From a virus (Duplodnaviria; Caudoviricetes), in IMG/VR virus record IMGVR_UViG_3300043411_001711, positions 1 through 55,958 of that record: a DNA stretch of 55,958 bases. One strand, written 5' to 3'. Made by a program: the position numbers and the translations under genes. Below the pieces are notes generated by a model. The model did not search any database. It was not told the DNA's origin and worked only from the letters and a program-made list of their open reading frames with translations. Every line of letters begins with the position of its first letter. Position 1 is the stretch's first letter. Below, piece by piece: positions 49,406 to 55,958 of the stretch.

Positions 49406-50103
49406 GTTCTGGCTCGGCTTCGGAATCCTGTTGCACGACGACGCTGTGCAGTTGTGAAGACTGGCTGACGGCGTTTTGCGACTACGAAACGATCACGCTG
49501 AAGTACTGCGGCGAAACGACGGATTTCACGAGAGCTCGGTCCAAGAGCATTCGGATGGAATCGGTGAATCCGGAAGTCGGCGTTCATCCGTCGGACAAGG
49601 TCTTCCGAGTCTCTATGCTGGAGCAGACCGTCGATGTCGGCATTGGTGCTGTAGTGACGGACGCCAGTGGGACCGAGTGGGTCATCTACGCCGTCGAAGA
49701 TCTGTCGGCTTTTTGTGTCAAGAAGTTATTTGGACGTTCGGTGGCGGCGTGTTTCCAGTTGCTGGAGAACATCGATGTGCTGGAACCCGAGTGCAAAGAT
49801 TGCGACGACTGCGAAGAGAACCGGACTTACAACCGGGTGGGCCGGGTTAAAGGAAAGATCATCGCAGCCTCCGGATCGCTATCGTCACGAAACGACTCGA
49901 GCGACTTGGTTTACACATACACCGGTGACTTGGTGCGTTGGCCTTTGGCTGGAAAGCCTGCATCCAAACATCGACTACGGACTCGGGAGGGATCCTTTCG
50001 AATCACTCAGGTCATCGACAATGGGCCTTACGTCCCGTTTCGAGTGACGTTGGAGATCGAAGATGTTGACTGTACGGTTCGACGACAACCGGGAAGCGTT
50101 TAA
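49402..50103 (+). CDS. Putative head closure protein, Cys-rich
   Basis: Synteny; beta-rich; starts MSSGSASESCC. Confidence 0.55.
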   Translation: MSSGSASESCCTTTLCSCEDWLTAFCDYETITLKYCGETTDFTRARSKSIRMESVNPEVGVHPSDKVFRVSMLEQTVDVGIGAVVTDASGTEWVIYAVEDLSAFCVKKLFGRSVAACFQLLENIDVLEPECKDCDDCEENRTYNRVGRVKGKIIAASGSLSSRNDSSDLVYTYTGDLVRWPLAGKPASKHRLRTREGSFRITQVIDNGPYVPFRVTLEIEDVDCTVRRQPGSV

Positions 50104-50557
50104 ACTGCTGATTGCGAGGAAGTTACAAGCCGGCGTGACCGCAGCGGCATTTGAACTCGCAAACGAGTACCGGGACATGCTGCAGGAAACAAAGGCTCCT
50201 CCGCATTCTTCGCCCGGACAGGTTCCACATGCCTACCTCGGTCACATCGAAGGCGGATTTGGTCCTGTGAACGGTCGAGGGCGCCCGAATAACACGCCGC
50301 GGCAAGGGTTTAGTTCAACGCAGACGGATTATTTGTCGAGCTACATCAGGCATGCGGCTGACGAATCACGCTGGGCAGTTGTGGGATTTGCACCGAGCCA
50401 CGTCACCAGCCGGATTCAGAACTACCTTTTGGGATGGGATCAGGGTATGATCGCAGGGCGACCGGTCGAGCGTCGACCATGGGTCCGAGAAGGGTTTGAC
50501 AGGGCGAGACGAGCGATGGTGCTGTTCGCCAGAAATGAGATTGAGGCCACTCGATGA
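50063..50557 (+). CDS. Putative tail completion protein (HK97 gp10-like)
   Basis: S.PGQ.P and RRPWVR motifs. Confidence 0.6.
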   Translation: MLTVRFDDNREAFKLLIARKLQAGVTAAAFELANEYRDMLQETKAPPHSSPGQVPHAYLGHIEGGFGPVNGRGRPNNTPRQGFSSTQTDYLSSYIRHAADESRWAVVGFAPSHVTSRIQNYLLGWDQGMIAGRPVERRPWVREGFDRARRAMVLFARNEIEATR

Positions 50558-50686
50558 ATCGTTACGTTGTGTACGGCGCAGGAACTCCGATTCCGGTACA
50601 GGCTTGCAGTTCGGAGCATGCCGAGGCGATCGTCTGTGACCGCTATAAAGTGTCTGTGGATAACATTGTTGCTCTAAAGGTGTGAA

Positions 50687-51109
50687 ATGACCTGTTGTCT
50701 GGAGAACGCTGTCCTGGACGCACTCCGGGCACTGAATTGCACACCGATCAAGTCGGAAAACCACTTCGTCGACCGACGGCAATGCACGGATTGTCTTCCG
50801 TACCTCGTTGTGCGAACCGGAATGACAGCAGGGCTCAGAACGTCAAGCGCCGTCCAGAAACTGAACACAGTCGAGATTAAGGCTTACTTCGCGGACAAGA
50901 AACGCCACGACGCCAGAGACCTTCGGGATCTGATCTGGGACTGGCTGATGTTTGCGGGGTGTGCGAGCCTCGGTGCCTGCGGATGCTTTTGCGTCCAAGG
51001 GGCACCGACATTGACAATTCAAGAGTCTGCGGGAAATACGGTCGTCTTGACAGTGAGTTTTCGTGGGTTATACAAGCAAACTGACGAGTCTACGTCAGAA
51101 TCTGTTTAG
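50687..51109 (+). CDS. Putative tail terminator, Cys-rich
   Basis: PYLVV motif; synteny; 9 Cys. Confidence 0.6.
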   Translation: MTCCLENAVLDALRALNCTPIKSENHFVDRRQCTDCLPYLVVRTGMTAGLRTSSAVQKLNTVEIKAYFADKKRHDARDLRDLIWDWLMFAGCASLGACGCFCVQGAPTLTIQESAGNTVVLTVSFRGLYKQTDESTSESV

Positions 51110-51121
51110 GGGAGCGTTGAG

Positions 51122-51583
51122 ATGGTGTTTTCTGCCGGTGATCTTTGTTGTGCAAGTGAGGCGTGCGTCCTGTTGGACACGGCGTCCAGTGAATCCAGTG
51201 CGGCATGGGACACGATTCCTCATGTGACCGACATCAGCTTCGTGAAGCAGGCGAACAACGCTACGCTGATCACATCGTCCAGTAACGGCAACGAGATCCC
51301 CGTGTGCGGATCTGTGAAGTCGACTGGTACACTGGCGATTGCTTGTCACAACGGTGTTCAACCGAACCCATTCTGCATCAACGGCAATTACCACCTCATG
51401 TGGTCGATTGACTGCGACAACATCCTCGAATCACCAGTGGACCCCTACTACGAAGCGATCGTGAAGATTACCGCAGTTCCGGTCTCCATGAACATCAAAG
51501 GCAATCAGCCGCAGGAAGTTTCCTACAGTTTCGAAGTCGTCGAATGGATTCACGAGCCGACTTGCCAGACTTCTGAAGGCTAA
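51122..51583 (+). CDS. Major tail tube protein
   Basis: Synteny; beta-rich; followed by a terminator and chaperone. Confidence 0.7.
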   Translation: MVFSAGDLCCASEACVLLDTASSESSAAWDTIPHVTDISFVKQANNATLITSSSNGNEIPVCGSVKSTGTLAIACHNGVQPNPFCINGNYHLMWSIDCDNILESPVDPYYEAIVKITAVPVSMNIKGNQPQEVSYSFEVVEWIHEPTCQTSEG

Positions 51584-51610
51584 TTGATCTCAGTGTAAAA
51601 CCTGTTGGAA

Positions 51611-51649
51611 AAAAGGCCTGCGGTTCTGTATAAGGATCGCAGGCCTTTT
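51611..51649 (+). terminator. Rho-independent (bidirectional-type) terminator
   Basis: AAAAGGCCTGCG...CGCAGGCCTTTT. Confidence 0.85.
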
Positions 51650-51672
51650 GCATTGAATCTGTGGAGGAAAAC

Positions 51673-52173
51673 ATGATCGAAGTCATGGTTGGCGGCCAGG
51701 CACTCAAGATCACCCCGAAGCGACTGTTGGACTACTGTGAGAAAATCGACTTCATCAAGATGCGGCGGGGAAACCCGGCGACATTGGTGGAGGGATTTCC
51801 GGCGGAGATGACCGAGGCGAATTACAAGATCATGGTCAAGATGGCCATGGAGACCGTGATTCAGAATGCCTCGTCTGTGTCCGTTCAGGAGGAGATCGCT
51901 TTCGACACGTCGGAGGAGGGGTTCTTCTACAATATGTGGCGATGCATGCCCAAGCCGGCTGCGAAGAAGATCAAGGGTCAGATGGTCGGTGAGTCGTGGC
52001 GTGACGGCGTGAACCGCGCGAAGCGGCTCTGGGATTCCGGAACAAAAGAGGAAAAGACAGCCCTGCTCAACGCGATGAACAGCGTTGACGAGACGAGTCT
52101 CCTAAAAAACTCGTCTGGCCCGAGCGAGCCCCTGAGCCCGCCGGGCCAAACAGAACCGTCAGTATCTCCATAG
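51673..52173 (+). CDS. Tail assembly chaperone (G); -1 frameshift product GT ends at 52325
   Basis: A AAA AAC at 52104-52110; hairpin 52116-52148; -1 frame open to 52325. Confidence 0.8.
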   Translation: MIEVMVGGQALKITPKRLLDYCEKIDFIKMRRGNPATLVEGFPAEMTEANYKIMVKMAMETVIQNASSVSVQEEIAFDTSEEGFFYNMWRCMPKPAAKKIKGQMVGESWRDGVNRAKRLWDSGTKEEKTALLNAMNSVDETSLLKNSSGPSEPLSPPGQTEPSVSP

Positions 52174-52317
52174 CCCCAAAGAAAGCGATGGAGGAACTGC
52201 CAGGGAATCGCTATAAAATGATTGCGATCTCGGTGACGAAACACACGGGACTCAATTTGACCGAGGCGTTATCTCTGACGCTCATTGAAGCGTACATGGC
52301 GATGGGAGCGAAGTTGT

Positions 52318-54831
52318 ATGGCTGATGACGAAACTTTGCTCGACGCGTTTGTGGCGATTCGTCCGGATCCCAACTTCATGCAGGCGATCGACGGAATGGC
52401 CGACGAAGCCATTGCGCGTCTCATGCAGCGGATGGGATCTGCGACGATTCCTGCTCCGCGGATGGCACCGTTGAATCCCGGCGGCGGGGGTGGTGCGGGA
52501 GGCGGCGGTCGCGGTGGTGGAAGAAACAATGCTCTGGCCAACGAGTACACCGAGGCTCGTCGCGCTGTGCAGGATTTGGAGATTGCCCTGCGGCAATTGC
52601 GAACGGTCAATTCAGAGATCGGAAAAGGCCCACTCGGCGAAGATCTTCGGTTGGTCGGCTCTGATCTTGAGCGATTGCGAATTGAACTGCAGCGAGGCGC
52701 CCAGGATGCCGACCCGCTGGGCCTACGAGGAGTCCCACAGCAGATTGAGGCGATTGAAGAAAGACTTCGCCAGGTTGGGGCAAATGTCTCCATCGGAAGA
52801 GATCTGCGAGCACAGTTTGACGATCTGAAGGAGCAGGCTTCCCGATCTGTTGTAGAGGGTCGTCTGCGTGCCACCGTTGCGCAGTCACAGATTCGCGGTC
52901 TTCCAGACGCAGACATCAGGCAAACGATTGTTGCCCAGACTGCGGCAGTACGCCAGCAGGAAGAAGAAATTCGCCGGGCCTCTGCCGCATTCGACGGTCA
53001 GGTTGAATCCATCAACAACCTGCGGGTTGCATTAGGAAATCTGAGGCTTGCGCAAGATGCACTGAGCGAGACTCAGGCAAACGCCGCAGCGACTGGTCGA
53101 TCCCTGAATACGCTGTCCAACAACGCCTACCAGTTGGGTCAGGCGATTGAAGACGCTGCTGTTGGATTCAGCCTAAACGGGATCTCCGGTGCGTTTCGGG
53201 GCGCATCGAACAACATTAACTTTTTGATCAACGATTTCCTGCGTCTCGATTCTGTTCGCCAAAAGTTGGGAAGCAATTTCGCAGACAAGTTGCTCGTTGG
53301 AAGCGGTGTCGGCGCTGCGGTGGCTTTGCTGGTATTGCCTCCAACGCTGGAATGGCTTGAGACACTGAATGACATCGAAACAAAATTCGAAGACATCTCT
53401 GATCTCATCAACAGGGATTTTGCTGATCTCGAGTTTCGTGTAGGTCTCGAAGGCACAGAGAGAGACTTTCTGCGTTCAATTGAACGGGCAAAGGAACTCC
53501 GGGATGTGATTCGGCAGCTTGGCGATATCGCAGAGCAGTCTGGCGACAAGTCTCAGGATCTTCAGAAGTTGTTTGCTGGGGTCGACGAGGGCGAGACGTT
53601 TTCATCGACATTGAACGCTCTTCGCGAGGCCAATGACCTGCTAAACACACGAAGACAGCAGGTTGAAAGGATTCGGGACGCAGCCAGATTCCAGATTGAT
53701 AATCCTGCTCCGAGAAACGTGGATCCAGTGGAGTCCAGAGCGATCGCTGCTGGTCGCGTTGCGTCTGCGGCAAACCTCGAAGCCGCGATTTCCGAATTGA
53801 AAACACTCGGTCCTCAAATCCAGAGTGTCGTCGACCTTTACGACAACCTTCGTGTCGCCCGGGAAAACGGTATCGCAGGAGCATCAGATCCGCAGCAATT
53901 GCGGGCGACCGTTAAACTCTTTGAAGACGTGAAGAAATCGATCGAAGCGACATTCAAAGATCTCGACCTCGCCGATGAAGAAGCGGCAGCGAAATTCACG
54001 TCCACGCTGAACTCCGTCCAGGACGTTATCGACGAACTGTCGAAGGCGGCTCAGGAGATTGAGTCCTTCAGCCGGCAGTTGACCGACGGCCTTACTGCCG
54101 CCCAGCGTAAGATCGCCGAATTCACCGACACACAGGAAGTTATTCGGCGCCAGATCGCTGGCACAGCGAACGACCAAACGCTGTTTACACTGGAGGTCAG
54201 CCGATCGGCCCAAGAGTTCCAGTCGCTGATTGAAAAGATCCGAACAGCACGGCTTGAACTGGCTCCGACCGATAAGCTCAAGGGGCTCGTCAACCAAGAG
54301 GCCGACGCGGCTCGAGAAGCCCTCCGGATCGAAACGGAAACCGAACTGCTGCTTCGCCAGAAGGAAGTCCGGGACGAACTGATCAAGGCAACAGAGAAAC
54401 AGAACGACCGGAATCGGCGGTCCTCGCTGACAAACTTCGAGCAGTACGCTCAGCAGTTGCAGAAGTCCGTCCTTTCGTCCGACCCGATCGACCGCAACAC
54501 TCAGGAGATTGAGCGACTCAATCAGGAGCTTGTGACTCTGGATGCGACGATTGCTGAACTTAACGCGAACATGCGACTCGGTGGTTCACCGTCTCAGGCT
54601 CTGCGGCAGACACCGCTGGGTGGATTTGGTAACTTCAACGCATTGGGTGGAACTCTGGAGATGATGTCGCTTGTGCGACCAGAGAATTTCCAGCCGCCGA
54701 ATGAGATTGCGGATGCTGTTCGGTTCGGGATTGCGGACGCAATGAAGGCAGCAGCGAGTGACATCGTGGGCGCCCAGAAGCAGACAACAGAAGCCGTCCG
54801 GCAAGTGGATATGACTCCGAGGGTGAAGTAA
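52318..54831 (+). CDS. Tape measure protein
   Basis: 837 aa, helical, Ala/Gln/Leu-rich, one hydrophobic stretch; follows the G/GT chaperone. Confidence 0.85.
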   Translation: MADDETLLDAFVAIRPDPNFMQAIDGMADEAIARLMQRMGSATIPAPRMAPLNPGGGGGAGGGGRGGGRNNALANEYTEARRAVQDLEIALRQLRTVNSEIGKGPLGEDLRLVGSDLERLRIELQRGAQDADPLGLRGVPQQIEAIEERLRQVGANVSIGRDLRAQFDDLKEQASRSVVEGRLRATVAQSQIRGLPDADIRQTIVAQTAAVRQQEEEIRRASAAFDGQVESINNLRVALGNLRLAQDALSETQANAAATGRSLNTLSNNAYQLGQAIEDAAVGFSLNGISGAFRGASNNINFLINDFLRLDSVRQKLGSNFADKLLVGSGVGAAVALLVLPPTLEWLETLNDIETKFEDISDLINRDFADLEFRVGLEGTERDFLRSIERAKELRDVIRQLGDIAEQSGDKSQDLQKLFAGVDEGETFSSTLNALREANDLLNTRRQQVERIRDAARFQIDNPAPRNVDPVESRAIAAGRVASAANLEAAISELKTLGPQIQSVVDLYDNLRVARENGIAGASDPQQLRATVKLFEDVKKSIEATFKDLDLADEEAAAKFTSTLNSVQDVIDELSKAAQEIESFSRQLTDGLTAAQRKIAEFTDTQEVIRRQIAGTANDQTLFTLEVSRSAQEFQSLIEKIRTARLELAPTDKLKGLVNQEADAAREALRIETETELLLRQKEVRDELIKATEKQNDRNRRSSLTNFEQYAQQLQKSVLSSDPIDRNTQEIERLNQELVTLDATIAELNANMRLGGSPSQALRQTPLGGFGNFNALGGTLEMMSLVRPENFQPPNEIADAVRFGIADAMKAAASDIVGAQKQTTEAVRQVDMTPRVK

Positions 54832-55958
54832 TGAGTATGTATGACGAATACACCTTCGAAGTGAAGGAGATTCTTCCGTCGATCATGCCGAGCTACCAGT
54901 CTGGCAAGGTCACGGCGACTCGCACCTTCAGCGTGCCATGCGAGAACGCCGAAGAGTTTTGCCTGCGGATGATTGGTAAGTACTACGACATCGAAGCTGA
55001 CACCTTCATGCCGCAGATCCCTGCTCCGTATCCATTTTCGTCCAGTGGAAACGGAGGAACGCTTGGTCTCGGGCAGATCAACCTGATCGCGACAGCATTC
55101 ACAATCGAAGGAATGTGTCCTCCGTGCTTTACCAACGACTATCTCGTCGAAGGCGATGAGGAAACGATTCACAACCTGATCACGGATCCGACGTCTCTGA
55201 CTCAGCAGGGCAAGTTCTTCAAGCCGGATTTTCAGTTGGAGCCCACTGAGGATAACTCCGATTGTCAGTGCAAAGTCACGATTTCTTACTCTGAGAATCC
55301 ATGCGACTGCGTTGCGTTCGATAACTCAACGAACTCATGGGAAGCCCATGAATTCATTCTTCCAGGGACATGCGTTTCCGTTGAGCGAAACCCAGCGTAT
55401 GAGATGTTCACGCTGCCGAACGGTGGACTCGCGTGGGAAGGATTGCCCGCCGGATCAGCCGAACGCCAATTGAAGGCAGACACCTATGCCTACAAGGTGA
55501 TTCCGAAGGCCGACATCATCGTTCACTGGCATAACGTCCCAGTGCGACACCTCTGCGCCATCGAAAACCATCTGCGTCAATTCCGTGGTGCGGTGAACTC
55601 CGTCCCGTTCGGCGATGCGTTCAGTTGCGATGCAGCAGCAGAAAACCCTGCGGCCTGCGGATGCGGTCAGTACGAGCCTGAAACCATCATGTTCATCGAC
55701 TTTCAGGAAGACCGGTCTCAAAGAACCGATGCATTCGGAGGATTCTCCAGCAGCAGTTCGTTCAGCGCGAAGAACATGAACACGACGACACTGAAGTTGA
55801 TCTTCAAGCAGAAGCGAATCGAGAAAATGTCGTCGGCATCTGGCTCATACTCTGACAGCGACGACTGTCCGGACAATAACGACGAAGCCTACGGTTGGAA
55901 TCATTTGTTTCTGGACCGCGAAGGCGAAGCGGATGCCGGCGAGTGGATGCGAGTTATT
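54831..55958 (+). CDS. Distal tail/hub-like protein, 398 aa across the circular junction (not in the ORF track)
   Basis: Open frame from ATG 54831 to the window end, continuing to TGA 197; CPPC, CQC, CDC and CGC motifs. Confidence 0.8.
   Translation, partial: MSMYDEYTFEVKEILPSIMPSYQSGKVTATRTFSVPCENAEEFCLRMIGKYYDIEADTFMPQIPAPYPFSSSGNGGTLGLGQINLIATAFTIEGMCPPCFTNDYLVEGDEETIHNLITDPTSLTQQGKFFKPDFQLEPTEDNSDCQCKVTISYSENPCDCVAFDNSTNSWEAHEFILPGTCVSVERNPAYEMFTLPNGGLAWEGLPAGSAERQLKADTYAYKVIPKADIIVHWHNVPVRHLCAIENHLRQFRGAVNSVPFGDAFSCDAAAENPAACGCGQYEPETIMFIDFQEDRSQRTDAFGGFSSSSSFSAKNMNTTTLKLIFKQKRIEKMSSASGSYSDSDDCPDNNDEAYGWNHLFLDREGEADAGEWMRVI
55833..55958. repeat. Terminal direct repeat, right copy
   Basis: Identical to 3-128. 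Confidence 0.97.

Overview
The window looks like a complete, circularly assembled ~55.8 kb tailed-phage (siphovirus-like) genome. Positions 3-128 repeat exactly at 55833-55958, and one ORF reads through the junction. It carries terminase, portal, protease/scaffold, major capsid, head-tail, tail tube, frameshifting tail chaperone and tape-measure genes (42.3-55.9 kb). A late cluster at 2.0-7.3 kb holds five glycosyltransferase-like genes, a radical SAM enzyme and a methyltransferase. A lysis-position cassette has a holin, a papain-like protease and a secreted thioredoxin but no endolysin I can recognise. Two divergent early arms carry Prim-Pol, SF2 and UvrD-like helicases, VRR-NUC, CsrA, a RimI-like acetyltransferase, a sigma-like factor, a DHH phosphoesterase and a nucleotidyltransferase. 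I see no integrase or family A/B DNA polymerase. A Planctomycetota host is inferred from the RimI- and CsrA-like genes. The most striking signals are: (1) a recurring Ser-Glu-Ser / SxSxS tag on many virion proteins next to the glycosyltransferase cluster (candidate virion O-glycosylation system); (2) an array of three anticodon-less tRNA mimics, one circularly permuted with YrlA/Y-RNA-like topology; (3) Cys-rich virion proteins; and (4) a possible protease-plus-thioredoxin lysis strategy. All family assignments come from motif recognition by eye; no searches were run.
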